From an uncultured Pelagibacteraceae bacterium (GTDB taxonomy: Bacteria > Pseudomonadota > Alphaproteobacteria > Pelagibacterales > Pelagibacteraceae), in the NCBI GenBank assembly GCA_902617825.1, contig CACMYE010000003.1:9670-73669 (forward strand): a stretch of DNA of 64,000 nucleotides, given 5' to 3'. This document shows positions 21,215-31,328 of the stretch, one piece after another. Made by a program: the position numbers and the translations under genes. The notes below the pieces were generated by a model. That model was not told where the DNA came from. It searched no databases and worked only from the letters and a program-made list of their open reading frames with translations. The first letter of the stretch is position 1. Each line of letters begins with the position of its first letter.

Positions 21215-21867
21215 TATAGAGCTGTTTCTTTTTTGATATATTTATCAAGAACTTTAACTAATACACTATCTGTTTTAGAAAAAAAATGATTGGCATCAGC
21301 TATAGTATTAAATTCGACTTTAATTCCTTTTTGTGCACTAAGTCTTTTGTCTAATTCTGAAATATATTCCACTGGAACTAATTCATCTTTTTTTCCATAA
21401 ACTACCATACCAGATGTAGGACATGGAGATAAAAAAGAAAAATCATAAACATTTGGTTGAGGTGAAATAGCTATAAATCTATTTATTTCGGGTCTTCTCA
21501 TTAATAACTGCATAGCTATCAATGATCCAAAAGAAAAACCAGACACCCAACATTGTGAATTATCAAAATTTTCTCTTTCTAACCAATCTAAAGCTGCAGC
21601 AGCATCTGCTAGTTCTCCTTGACCATTATCAAATTCTCCATCACTTTTTCCAACTCCTCTAAAGTTTACTCTACAAACTGAGAAATCATTTTCCATAAAT
21701 GTATGAAATGTATCTACTACAACTTTGTTATTCATGGTTCCTCCATACTGTGGATGAGGTTGTAATACTAATGCTACAGGGGAAGTATTTTTTTTACTTT
21801 TAAAATATTTAGCTTCAAGCCGTCCAGCAGGACCAGGAATGAATATTTCTAAAATTTTATTATCCAT
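21211..21867 (-). CDS. Alpha/beta hydrolase (conserved upstream of iscR in alphaproteobacteria)
   Basis: PGPAGRLE, PHPQYGGTMNN, GFSFG nucleophile elbow, ANHFF. Confidence 0.88.
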   Translation of the reverse strand: MDNKILEIFIPGPAGRLEAKYFKSKKNTSPVALVLQPHPQYGGTMNNKVVVDTFHTFMENDFSVCRVNFRGVGKSDGEFDNGQGELADAAAALDWLERENFDNSQCWVSGFSFGSLIAMQLLMRRPEINRFIAISPQPNVYDFSFLSPCPTSGMVVYGKKDELVPVEYISELDKRLSAQKGIKVEFNTIADANHFFSKTDSVLVKVLDKYIKKETALY

Positions 21868-21949
21868 AATCGCAATTGATTATTATTCTCAAAAAAAAAC
21901 TACGTTTATCATAACTGAGCGACAAAATGTTAGTTTTTTTTTTAAGTCT

Positions 21950-21974
21950 AAACTTGACCATTTTAGTCAGGTAT
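21950..21974. promoter_or_regulatory. IscR type-1 operator overlapping the iscR-suf promoter
   Basis: Reverse complement ATACCTGACTAAAATGGTCAAGTTT resembles the type-1 IscR consensus ATASYYGACTRwwwYAGTCRRSTAT; contains TTGACC (21954) with TATAAA at 21976. Confidence 0.8.
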
Positions 21975-22004
21975 GTATAAAAAGCTCACAATTTAAAGGG
22001 TAAT

Positions 22005-22430
22005 ATGAAATTAACATCAAAAGGTAGATATGCCGTTATGGCATTAGTTGATCTTGCAAGATTCGATACTATTAATCCAGTATCTTTGAGGGATATTTCA
22101 TTAAGACAAGGAATTTCCTTAGATTATTTGGAACAAATTTTTTCAAAACTAAAAAAAAATCAAATTGTGAAAAGTACTAGAGGAACCCAAGGTGGATATT
22201 TTTTATCAAAAAAACCTAACGAAATAAAACTTACTAATATTTTAAATGCAGTGGATGAAAAAGTTAAAACTGTTCAGTGTAAAAAAGAGTCAAAAAAAGG
22301 CTGCAATGGTAAAGCAACTAAATGTGTAACACACGATCTTTGGGATGAATTAGAAACTCATATTAATACTTTTTTCGAAAAGAAAAGTTTACAGGATTTG
22401 TTAAAAAATAATTCAGAACGGGTTAATTAA
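22005..22430 (+). CDS. iscR: Rrf2-family regulator IscR
   Basis: [23 protein letters not shown]; three Cys plus THDLW cluster ligands. Confidence 0.9.
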   Translation: MKLTSKGRYAVMALVDLARFDTINPVSLRDISLRQGISLDYLEQIFSKLKKNQIVKSTRGTQGGYFLSKKPNEIKLTNILNAVDEKVKTVQCKKESKKGCNGKATKCVTHDLWDELETHINTFFEKKSLQDLLKNNSERVN

Positions 22431-22431
22431 G

Positions 22432-23874
22432 ATGGAAAATCGACAAAAGGAAATTGATAAATTAAAAGATTATAAGTACGGCTTCTCAACCGATATAGAA
22501 AATACAAGAGCACCCAAGGGTTTAAACGAGGATGTAATTAAATTTATTTCTAATATTAAAAAAGAACCTCAATGGATGCTTGATTTTAGATTAAAAGCTT
22601 TTGAAAGATTTAAACAATTAAAAGAACCAGATTGGCAAAAACCAAAATATCCAAAGATAGATTATCAAGATTTATATTATTATTCTGCACCTAAAAGCAT
22701 GGATGATAAACCGAAAAGTTTGGATGAATTAGACCCTAAGCTTTTAGAAACATATAAAAAACTAGGAATACCACTTCAAGAACAAGCAAGATTAAATGGT
22801 ATTGCTGTAGATGCAGTTTTTGACTCAGTTTCTGTTGCAACAACTTTTAGAGAAGAGTTAATTAAACAAGGTATTATTTTTTGTCCAATTTCAGAGGCTA
22901 TACAAAAACATCCAGACTTAGTTAAAAAATATTTAGGATCTGTAATTCCTTTAACTGATCATTTTTTTGCAACTTTAAATTCAGCAGTTTTTACTGATGG
23001 TTCATTTGTATACATTCCAGAGGGAGTTCGGTGTCCAATGGAACTTTCTACATATTTTAGAATAAACGCGTCTAATACAGGTCAGTTTGAGAGAACTTTA
23101 ATTATTGCTGACAAAGGAAGCTATGTTAGTTACTTAGAAGGTTGTACAGCTCCGATGAGAGATGAAAATCAATTGCATGCTGCTAATGTTGAATTAGTTG
23201 CTCTTGATGATGCTGAAATAAAATATTCAACAGTTCAAAATTGGTATCCAGGAGATAAAGATGGAAAAGGCGGTATATATAATTTTGTAACCAAAAGAGG
23301 TTTATGTAAAGGAAAGAACTCTAAAATATCTTGGACACAAGTTGAAACTGGATCTGCAATCACTTGGAAATATCCTAGTTGTATTTTAAAAGGCGATAAT
23401 TCTGTTGGGGAATTTTATTCAATTGCCATTACAAATAATCACCAAAAAGCTGATACAGGCACTAAAATGATCCATCTAGGGAAAAATACAAAAAGTAAAA
23501 TTATATCAAAGGGAATTAGTGCCGGCTTTTCAGATATGACTTATAGAGGATTGGTTGATATTTCCTCGAAGGCATCAAATTCAAATAATTATACTCAGTG
23601 CGATTCTTTATTGATGGGGAATAAATGTGGTGCTCACACAGTTCCTTACATTAAAAATAAGAATTCAGAGTCAAATATAGCTCATGAAGCGACCACTTCT
23701 AAAATAAGTGAGGAACAATTACATTACTGTCAACAAAGAGGATTAAGTGCGGAGGAGGCAGTTAGTTTAATTGTAAATGGATTTTGTAAAGAAGTGTTGC
23801 AGCAATTACCAATGGAATTTGCTGTCGAAGCACAAAAGTTAGTAGGGATAAGTTTAGAGGGAAGCGTAGGCTAA
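22432..23874 (+). CDS. sufB: Fe-S assembly protein SufB
   Basis: [36 protein letters not shown]. Confidence 0.97.
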   Translation: MENRQKEIDKLKDYKYGFSTDIENTRAPKGLNEDVIKFISNIKKEPQWMLDFRLKAFERFKQLKEPDWQKPKYPKIDYQDLYYYSAPKSMDDKPKSLDELDPKLLETYKKLGIPLQEQARLNGIAVDAVFDSVSVATTFREELIKQGIIFCPISEAIQKHPDLVKKYLGSVIPLTDHFFATLNSAVFTDGSFVYIPEGVRCPMELSTYFRINASNTGQFERTLIIADKGSYVSYLEGCTAPMRDENQLHAANVELVALDDAEIKYSTVQNWYPGDKDGKGGIYNFVTKRGLCKGKNSKISWTQVETGSAITWKYPSCILKGDNSVGEFYSIAITNNHQKADTGTKMIHLGKNTKSKIISKGISAGFSDMTYRGLVDISSKASNSNNYTQCDSLLMGNKCGAHTVPYIKNKNSESNIAHEATTSKISEEQLHYCQQRGLSAEEAVSLIVNGFCKEVLQQLPMEFAVEAQKLVGISLEGSVG

Positions 23875-24608
23875 TGTTAAAAATAAATAAATTAAATGCT
23901 AAAATAGATAATAAGGAAATTTTAAAAGAATTTTCACTTTATGTTAATCCTGGTGAAGTACATGCAATCATGGGTCCAAACGGATCAGGTAAAAGTACTT
24001 TATCTAATATTTTATCAGGAAAGAAAGGATATGAGGTTTCTGGTGAAGTTCTTTTCGAGGAAAAAGATTTATTTGAACTTGAAACAGAGGAAAGAGCTCA
24101 TAAAGGTATTTTTTTAGCTTTTCAATATCCATTGGAGATTCCTGGAGTAAACACAAATATATTTTTAAAAACCTCACTAAACGCAGTTAGAAAAGCGAGA
24201 GGTGAAAAAGAGCTTGATGCCATAGAATTCCTTAAATTAGTTAGAGAAAAATCTAAAGAACTTAAATTCGATGAGGAAAAGTTGAATAGACAATTAAATG
24301 TTGGTTTTTCTGGAGGAGAAAAAAAGAAAAATGAAATTCTACAAATGTCAATGTTATCCCCAAAACTCTCAATTCTTGATGAAACAGACTCAGGGCTAGA
24401 CATAGATGCTTTAAGAATTGTGGCAGATGGAGTTAATACTTTAAGAAACGAAAAAAACTCATTTTTAATAATTACACATTATCAAAGGTTGCTTGATTAT
24501 ATTAAGCCTGACTTTGTGCATGTTTTAATGAATGGAAAAATTGTTAAATCTGGTGGTCCAGACCTAGCTTTAGAATTAGAAAAAAAAGGATATGAAAATT
24601 TTAATTAG
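23874..24608 (+). CDS. sufC: Fe-S assembly ATPase SufC
   Basis: GPNGSGKST, FSGGEKK, LDETDSGLD. Confidence 0.97.
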   Translation: MLKINKLNAKIDNKEILKEFSLYVNPGEVHAIMGPNGSGKSTLSNILSGKKGYEVSGEVLFEEKDLFELETEERAHKGIFLAFQYPLEIPGVNTNIFLKTSLNAVRKARGEKELDAIEFLKLVREKSKELKFDEEKLNRQLNVGFSGGEKKKNEILQMSMLSPKLSILDETDSGLDIDALRIVADGVNTLRNEKNSFLIITHYQRLLDYIKPDFVHVLMNGKIVKSGGPDLALELEKKGYENFN

Positions 24609-25856
24609 ATGAAAGAACAACTACAAAAAGATTTTGACAATACTATTAAAAATTTAAATTTATCTCAAAAAGATATTGAAATAAAAAAATTTTCTTTAGA
24701 TAATTTTTTAAATAAAGGTTTTCCCAATAGAAAAGAAGAAGATTGGAAATTCTCAGATCTTAACCAGATAATTAAAAAAAATATTGGGGAATTAAGTTTT
24801 TATAATGATTATACATCTACCAATAAAGTTGATACCTCTGTATTTGTAGATGGATTAGAACATAATAAAATAGTATTTATAAACGGCAGAATCGAAAAAA
24901 TTGATTTTCATTATGAAAAAAAAGAACAAATAGAAATAATTGATCAGTCTGAAACTATTAATAAATTTGATAACAATAATTCTTTATCTGATTTAAATAA
25001 TGCACTTACCAATAAATCCTTTAAAATAGTTATTAAAAAGGGCTATCAGCTATTAAAGCCGCTTATTATTTACCATACAACTAACTCTAAAATTTGGTCC
25101 AAAAACATTAATTTAAGATTAGATTTTGAGCTGCTAGAAGACAGTTGCTTAAGATTGATTGACTTATTTAATGATACATCAGAAAAAAATTTTTTAAATA
25201 TTTTTTATAACTTTAATTTAAAAGAAAATGCAATTCTTAAAAATTATAAAATAGATAAAATAGAAAATAAAAACATTAAATATTCTTTTAACAATATTGA
25301 ACAAAATAAAAATACTATTTCAGAGACATTTATTTTATCATCAGGATCAAATTTTTTTAAAAGTGAAATTAATTGTAATTTAAAAGGTGAACATTCATCA
25401 GCTTTCGTTAATGGAATATTTTCTATAGATAATAATAAACATCACGAGATAAGAACAATTATAAATCATTTAACAGAGAATACAAAAAGCTTTCAATTAA
25501 TCAAAAGTGTTCTAGAAAATAATTCTAAAGCAGTATATCAGGGAAAAATATTTGTAAACTCTGATGCCCAAAAAACAGATGGATACCAGCTTAGTAAAGC
25601 AATATTACTAAATAAAGACTCAGAATTTAATGCTAAGCCTGAATTAGAAATTTATGCAGATGATGTAAAATGTTCACATGGTTCAGCCTCAGGAAGTCTT
25701 AATGAAGACTCTATATTTTATTTAATGTCTAGAGGGTTGAATTACAATCAAGCAAGAGAACTTTTAATTAATGGTTTTTTACTTGATGTAGTAGAAAAAA
25801 TTACAGACTCAGAAATTAGAAACCTAATTAAAAATATGATTGGAATAAAAGAATGA
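24609..25856 (+). CDS. sufD: Fe-S assembly protein SufD
   Basis: EDWKFS, KPELEIYADDVKCSHG, FYLMSRG. Confidence 0.95.
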   Translation: MKEQLQKDFDNTIKNLNLSQKDIEIKKFSLDNFLNKGFPNRKEEDWKFSDLNQIIKKNIGELSFYNDYTSTNKVDTSVFVDGLEHNKIVFINGRIEKIDFHYEKKEQIEIIDQSETINKFDNNNSLSDLNNALTNKSFKIVIKKGYQLLKPLIIYHTTNSKIWSKNINLRLDFELLEDSCLRLIDLFNDTSEKNFLNIFYNFNLKENAILKNYKIDKIENKNIKYSFNNIEQNKNTISETFILSSGSNFFKSEINCNLKGEHSSAFVNGIFSIDNNKHHEIRTIINHLTENTKSFQLIKSVLENNSKAVYQGKIFVNSDAQKTDGYQLSKAILLNKDSEFNAKPELEIYADDVKCSHGSASGSLNEDSIFYLMSRGLNYNQARELLINGFLLDVVEKITDSEIRNLIKNMIGIKE

Positions 25857-27073
25857 AAATAGAAAATATAAAAAAAGAATTTCCTATATTTGATGAAAAA
25901 ATTCAAAATAATGATCTAGTTTATCTTGATAGTGCAAACTCTTCACAAAAACCTAAAGTTGTTGCAGATAGAATTAATGAATTTTATACCAAACAGTTTT
26001 CAAATGTTGGAAGAAGTGTTCACTATCTTGCAGTTGCAGCTACAAATTTGTATGAAAATACAAGATCTTCTGTTCAAAAATATATTAACGCTAAAGATAA
26101 AAATGAAATAGTTTTTACAAAAGGTGCAACCGAAGCATTAAATTTGGTTGCAAATATCTTGGGACAAAATTATTTAAAGGAAGGTGATGAAATTTTAATC
26201 ACCGAACTTGAACATCATTCAAATTATGTTCCATGGCATTTTTTAAGAAAATCAAAAAATATTAAAATCAATTTTGCAGAAATGAATGAAGATGGTGAAG
26301 TTACTTTAGAGGAAATTGAAAAAAAAATAACACCTAAAACTAAGGTGGTAGCAATTACACATTTGTCAAATGTTACAGGTGCGATACTACCTGTTAAAGA
26401 AATAACCGATCTAGCACATTCAAAAGGTATACTTGTTGTGATTGATGGTTGTCAGGGCGCGCCACATCTTAAACTAGATATGCAATATCTCGATTGTGAT
26501 TTTTATGCAATATCATGTCACAAAATGTACGGACCAACAGGGCTTGGTGTTTTATATGGTAAAAAAAAATGGCTAGAGGAATTACCCCCTTATCAAGGTG
26601 GTGGAGGAATGATTAAAGAAGTTAAAAAAGATAGTATTTCTTATGGTGAATTACCAAATAAATATGAAGCAGGAACAATGGCGACCGCTCAAGTCATTGC
26701 CTTTGATGAATCAATTAAGTTTATGGAAAGCATTGGTATTGAAAATATTATGCGACACGAAGCTGATTTAGTTGAATACGGGCAAGAGTTATTACAAAAA
26801 AATAATTCTGTTAAATTGATTGGTAGCCCTAAAAATAAAGGTGGAGTTTTATCGTTCACTTTAGAAGGAATTCATCCACATGATATTGCAACTATACTTG
26901 ACGAAGATGGAATAGCAATAAGAGCAGGACATCATTGTTGTCAAATTTTACATGATAAACTAAATATACCTGCGAGTGCAAGAGCCTCTGTTGGTATTTA
27001 TAATACCAAAGATGATCTAGATAAATTAAATGACTCAATTAATAACTGCAAAAAAATATTTAACTTAAAATGA
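25853..27073 (+). CDS. sufS: Cysteine desulfurase SufS
   Basis: YLDSA, EHHSN, HKMYGPTG, RAGHHC (group II). Confidence 0.95.
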   Translation: MKIENIKKEFPIFDEKIQNNDLVYLDSANSSQKPKVVADRINEFYTKQFSNVGRSVHYLAVAATNLYENTRSSVQKYINAKDKNEIVFTKGATEALNLVANILGQNYLKEGDEILITELEHHSNYVPWHFLRKSKNIKINFAEMNEDGEVTLEEIEKKITPKTKVVAITHLSNVTGAILPVKEITDLAHSKGILVVIDGCQGAPHLKLDMQYLDCDFYAISCHKMYGPTGLGVLYGKKKWLEELPPYQGGGGMIKEVKKDSISYGELPNKYEAGTMATAQVIAFDESIKFMESIGIENIMRHEADLVEYGQELLQKNNSVKLIGSPKNKGGVLSFTLEGIHPHDIATILDEDGIAIRAGHHCCQILHDKLNIPASARASVGIYNTKDDLDKLNDSINNCKKIFNLK

Positions 27074-27534
27074 ATTTAAAAGAATTATATCAAGAAATTA
27101 TTTTAGAGCATGGTAAAAATCCAAGGAATCTTGGTAAGACAGATGACTTTAATAAAGATGCAAAAGGTAACAATCCTTTATGTGGAGATAATGTTCATGT
27201 TTATTTAAAATTAAATGGTCAAAAAATAGTAGAAGATATTTCATTTGAAGGAAGTGGTTGTGCTATCTCAATGGCTTCAGCTTCTATTATGACAGATTTA
27301 ATTAAAGGTAAAAATGAAAACGAAGCTAAAGAAATTGTCGAAGATTTTTTAGGAATGATTAAAGAAAATCCAGAATTAAAATCAGAATATTTACAAGATG
27401 ATGAAAAAACTAAATTAATGTGTTTGTCAGGTGTTAAACAATATCCAATGAGAGTGAAGTGTGCTACACTTTCATGGCATACATTGGTTTCAGCACTTGA
27501 GAATAAAAAAGAAGAAGTAAAAACAGAGAATTAA
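27070..27534 (+). CDS. sufU: SufU-type sulfur-transfer protein
   Basis: LYQEIILEH, NPLCGD, GCAIS, RVKCA; no LPPVK motif. Confidence 0.88.
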   Translation: MNLKELYQEIILEHGKNPRNLGKTDDFNKDAKGNNPLCGDNVHVYLKLNGQKIVEDISFEGSGCAISMASASIMTDLIKGKNENEAKEIVEDFLGMIKENPELKSEYLQDDEKTKLMCLSGVKQYPMRVKCATLSWHTLVSALENKKEEVKTEN

Positions 27535-27536
27535 TT

Positions 27537-27836
27537 ATGTCTAAGATAGAATTAATCATAGAGGAAATAAGAAAAATTTATGATCCTGAGCTACCTGTTA
27601 ATATTTATGAATTAGGTTTAATTTATGATATAAAAGTTGAAAATGATAAATCTGCCAAAATTAAAATGACTTTGACAACACCAAATTGCCCTGTAGCAGA
27701 AAGTTTACCTAAAGAGGTTAAAGAAGGGGCAATGCAAGTAGAGGGGATTGAAGAGGTTGATTTAGAATTAGTATGGGATCCACCATGGACCAAAGACATG
27801 ATGTCAGAGGCAGCAAAATTGGAATTGAATTTGTAA
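27537..27836 (+). CDS. DUF59/SufT-like Fe-S assembly protein
   Basis: DPELPVNIYELGLIY, TLTTPNCP, WDPPW. Confidence 0.9.
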   Translation: MSKIELIIEEIRKIYDPELPVNIYELGLIYDIKVENDKSAKIKMTLTTPNCPVAESLPKEVKEGAMQVEGIEEVDLELVWDPPWTKDMMSEAAKLELNL

Positions 27837-28168
27837 TGTCTCAAATAATTAAATTAAGTGATAACGCTGCATCTAGAATTAAAGAGATAATGGCTAATGC
27901 AGAAAAAGATTCTCTTGGAGTAAGAATATCAGTTAAATCTGGTGGTTGTGCAGGGATGTCTTATGTTATGGAATATACAAAAGAAGTTAATCCAAATGAT
28001 GAAATAATTGAAGAAAAGGGTGTAAAGGTATTCGTAGACTCTGCTGCTATTATGTATCTTTTAGGAACTGAAATGGATTATAAGAAAGAGGAGTTATCCT
28101 CAACTTTTGTTTTTAATAATCCTAATGAAACAGAGCGTTGTGGCTGCGGTGAGTCATTTAAAATATAA
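27836..28168 (+). CDS. sufA: A-type Fe-S carrier (SufA/IscA/HesB)
   Basis: GGCAGMSY and CGCGESF; start taken at ATG 27836 overlapping the upstream TAA. Confidence 0.9.
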   Translation: MSQIIKLSDNAASRIKEIMANAEKDSLGVRISVKSGGCAGMSYVMEYTKEVNPNDEIIEEKGVKVFVDSAAIMYLLGTEMDYKKEELSSTFVFNNPNETERCGCGESFKI

Positions 28169-28236
28169 TAGGTCAACTATCCCATTTTGAGCATATCAGA
28201 TTTGCATTATTTGCATATCTAAGTTAAAACTCAGTT

Positions 28237-28407
28237 ATGAATACATTTGAGTTTAAAAATCTTGTTAAAAGCTTAAAAAATTCTTTAAAAGAGAAATCAT
28301 TTTTTAAAGATCTTAGAAAAGAAGTGGATACTGGTGCTAATGGCACGCAGAATTACGTTCTAAAAAAAGGTATGAACAAGAATAGTATAGCTACAACAAA
28401 ACAGTAA
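28237..28407 (+). CDS. Small basic hypothetical protein (56 aa), absent from the ORF track
   Basis: ATG..TAA ORF MNTFEFKNLVKSLKNSLKEKSFFKDLRKEVDTGANGTQNYVLKKGMNKNSIATTKQ fills the sufA-glnA gap; TTGCAT-N17-TAAAAC ends 6 nt before the ATG. Confidence 0.7.
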   Translation: MNTFEFKNLVKSLKNSLKEKSFFKDLRKEVDTGANGTQNYVLKKGMNKNSIATTKQ

Positions 28408-28416
28408 TTAAATCTG

Positions 28417-29823
28417 CTAGCAGCTATAGTACATCTCAAACTCTACAGGATGAGGTGCATGTTCAAATTTGTGTATTTCCTCAAACTTTAACGCAATATA
28501 AGCATCAATTTGATCATCGGTAAATACACCACCTTGTGTTAAAAATTCTCTGTCTTTATCTAAATTTTCCATTGCTTCTCTTAATGAGCCACAAACTGTA
28601 GGGATAGATTTTACCTCCTCTGGTGGTAACTCGTACAAATCTTTATCAAAAGATTCACCTGGATGAATTTTATTTTTAATACCATCAATTCCGGCCATAA
28701 GCATTGCTGCAAATGTTAAATATGGATTACCAGAAGCATCTGGGAAACGAATTTCACATCTTGCACCTTTTTTACTTAAAGTAATTGGTATACGACAAGA
28801 AGCTGATCTATTTCTTGCAGAATAAGCAAGAAGGACTGGTGCCTCAAATCCTGGAATTAATCTTTTATAACTGTTCGTAGTTGCATTAGCAAAAGCATTG
28901 ATTGCTTTTGCATGTTTTAAGATACCACCAATATAGTGCAGTGCAGTTTCTGATAATCCAGCGTAACCATCACCAGAAAATACAGGCGTATCACCTTTCC
29001 ATATTGATTGGTGTGTATGCATTCCAGAGCCGTTATCTCCAGCAACAGGCTTTGGCATAAAAGTAGCTGTTTTACCAAATGAGTGTGTAACCATTTGTAC
29101 TACATATTTATATAATTGAACATTATCAGCTTGGTCTACTAAAGTTCCAAAATACATTCCAAGTTCATGTTGGCTAGGTGCCACTTCATGGTGATGCTTT
29201 TCAACTTTAATACCCACTTCTTTTAAATTTTTAAGATATTCACCCCTCATGTCCTGCTCACTATCTACAGGTGGCACAGGAAAGTAACCTCCTTTGATAC
29301 CTGGTCTATGACCCATGTTTCCATTTTCATATTCTTTACCTGAATTATAAGGGCCTTCCTTACTATCAATTACAAAGCCACAATCATTCATATCATTTTT
29401 AATTTTAACATCATCAAAAACAAAAAATTCGGGTTCTGGTCCAAAAAAAGCTTTATCTCCAATCCCAGACTCTTTCAAATAAGCCTCAGCTTTTTTTGCT
29501 ACACCACGTGGATCTCTTTCATAAGGAGTTTTTTTAACAGCATCTAAAATATCACAAAATATCACAACAGTATTGTGCGATGTAAAAGGATCCATAAACA
29601 TTCTTGATGTATCCGGTTTTAAAATCATGTCAGACTCGTTGATTGCTTTCCAACCAGCTATAGATGATCCATCAAAAAAAACACCTTCATTTAACATACC
29701 TTCATCCACAACTGTTACATCCATAGTTAAATGTTGAAGCTTTCCTCGAGGATCTGTGAATCTTAAATCTACAAATTCTGCCTCTTTTTCCTTGATAAAT
29801 TTTAATACATTTGCTGCACTCAT
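28417..29823 (-). CDS. glnA: Glutamine synthetase type I
   Basis: FDGSSI, GPEPEFF, HHHEVA, ATFMPKP, GSGMH, NRSA, DLYEL; AGGAG RBS. Confidence 0.98.
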   Translation of the reverse strand: MSAANVLKFIKEKEAEFVDLRFTDPRGKLQHLTMDVTVVDEGMLNEGVFFDGSSIAGWKAINESDMILKPDTSRMFMDPFTSHNTVVIFCDILDAVKKTPYERDPRGVAKKAEAYLKESGIGDKAFFGPEPEFFVFDDVKIKNDMNDCGFVIDSKEGPYNSGKEYENGNMGHRPGIKGGYFPVPPVDSEQDMRGEYLKNLKEVGIKVEKHHHEVAPSQHELGMYFGTLVDQADNVQLYKYVVQMVTHSFGKTATFMPKPVAGDNGSGMHTHQSIWKGDTPVFSGDGYAGLSETALHYIGGILKHAKAINAFANATTNSYKRLIPGFEAPVLLAYSARNRSASCRIPITLSKKGARCEIRFPDASGNPYLTFAAMLMAGIDGIKNKIHPGESFDKDLYELPPEEVKSIPTVCGSLREAMENLDKDREFLTQGGVFTDDQIDAYIALKFEEIHKFEHAPHPVEFEMYYSC

Positions 29824-29961
29824 TATGTCTCCTGTGTAAATTTTAGAGCATTAACTACCAAATAAACCACTCTAAATATTGCTTATTTAATAAATAACAC
29901 TTATGCAATTTTCACATAAGTAGTGTATTTAATCAATATTATTAATCATTAATTTATATAA

Positions 29962-30444
29962 GTGAACTCCATATTAAATAAAGAACCAGTTAAAAGAGCA
30001 GAAAAAATTCTTAAAGAATTTGACCAAAATTTAAAAGTTATAATTTTAGAGGATACAGCAAGAACAGCAAATGATGCGGCTACAGCTTTAGGTTGCAATG
30101 TGGGAGCAATTGTTAAAAGCTTGCTTTTCAAAACTGGCAAAACATTTTGTCTTTGTTTGGTATCTGGAGATAAAAGATGTTCTCTAAATAAATTAAAAAA
30201 AAAATTGAGTGAAAAAGACGTATCAATGGCAAAACCAGAAGAGGTCAAACTTATCACTGGTTATACAATTGGTGGAGTGTCTCCCATCGGTCATTTAGTT
30301 AAAATTAAAATGTTTATAGATGAAAACTTAGGAAGATTTTCCAAAGTTTTTGCTGCTGCAGGCCATCCTAATGCAGTTTTTGGAATTAGCTATGTGGAAT
30401 TAAAAAGATTAACTGATGCAGAAATAGATGATCTAACTGAATGA
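29962..30444 (+). CDS. YbaK/EbsC family aminoacyl-tRNA editing protein
   Basis: ARTA..AA..LGC, IVKSL, TGY.IGGVSP, AAGHP. Confidence 0.9.
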   Translation: MNSILNKEPVKRAEKILKEFDQNLKVIILEDTARTANDAATALGCNVGAIVKSLLFKTGKTFCLCLVSGDKRCSLNKLKKKLSEKDVSMAKPEEVKLITGYTIGGVSPIGHLVKIKMFIDENLGRFSKVFAAAGHPNAVFGISYVELKRLTDAEIDDLTE

Positions 30445-31328
30445 GACAACCAAAAATAATTGATTATGCTTTATTAACCATATTATCTTTAATATGGGCA
30501 TCCGCATTTTTTAATATAAAAATAGCAACTTATTCATTTGGACCAGTTACAATCGCTTTCCTACGAGTATTTTTTGGAGCAATTCCAGTTCTACTTCTTT
30601 GCTACTATAAAAAAATAAAAATTGAGGCTTTTTCTAAAGATTGGCATTGGTTTGCTATGATTGGTTTTATAAATTTGGTTGCACCATTCTTTCTAATTGC
30701 ATATGGAGTAAAATCTGTTCAAAGTAATCTTGCTGCAATCTTAATGTCAACAACACCACTGAGTTCTACTATACTAGGTCATTTTTATACAAAAAATGAA
30801 AAATTTAATTTAGTTAAAACGTTTGGAATTTTAATAGGTTTTTCTGGAATAATTTTTTTATTTTCAGATAATCTTTTAATTGATCAAAATAATTTTACTT
30901 CAGCTTTGTTAATTTTGTTGGGTTCAACATGTTATGTTATAGGCGGTATATTAACTTTAAAAATTAGTAAGAAAAAAAATGAAAATGTAACAGGTTCGAT
31001 ATTAATCTGGGCAACAATTATTTTAATACCATTTGTATCATTTATTGAACAACCATGGCAGGTAGTGCCAAGAACAGACTCATTAATATCTGTAATTTAT
31101 CTAGGTATTGTTCCAACAGGAATTGCATGGCTATTAAGGTTTAAAATATTAAAGGATAATGGTTTAATCTTTCAATCCCAGGTGTCTTATTTAATACCAA
31201 TTTTTGGAACAATTCTGGGGTACATATTTTTAAAAGAGTTAATAACAATTAAAGTCTTAATTTCTCTGACTGCAGTTTGTATAGGAATTTTCTTTGTGCG
31301 AAGAGCTGATAGAAAAAATTTATCGTAG
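30441..31328 (+). CDS. EamA/DMT family transporter
   Basis: About 10 hydrophobic segments; IWASAF..IK and YLIPIFG patterns. Confidence 0.88.
   Translation: MRQPKIIDYALLTILSLIWASAFFNIKIATYSFGPVTIAFLRVFFGAIPVLLLCYYKKIKIEAFSKDWHWFAMIGFINLVAPFFLIAYGVKSVQSNLAAILMSTTPLSSTILGHFYTKNEKFNLVKTFGILIGFSGIIFLFSDNLLIDQNNFTSALLILLGSTCYVIGGILTLKISKKKNENVTGSILIWATIILIPFVSFIEQPWQVVPRTDSLISVIYLGIVPTGIAWLLRFKILKDNGLIFQSQVSYLIPIFGTILGYIFLKELITIKVLISLTAVCIGIFFVRRADRKNLS

Noticed and set aside
27773-27835. Longer N-termini in the track for sufA (27773), hda (3719), permease (55295) and pentapeptide protein (60163)
   Set aside because: Downstream ATGs give stop/start coupling or avoid hairpins and fit family lengths better
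29830-29880. Possible glutamine riboswitch in the glnA leader
   Set aside because: Only a 7-bp stem; the conserved core of the glnA-motif RNA is not recognisable
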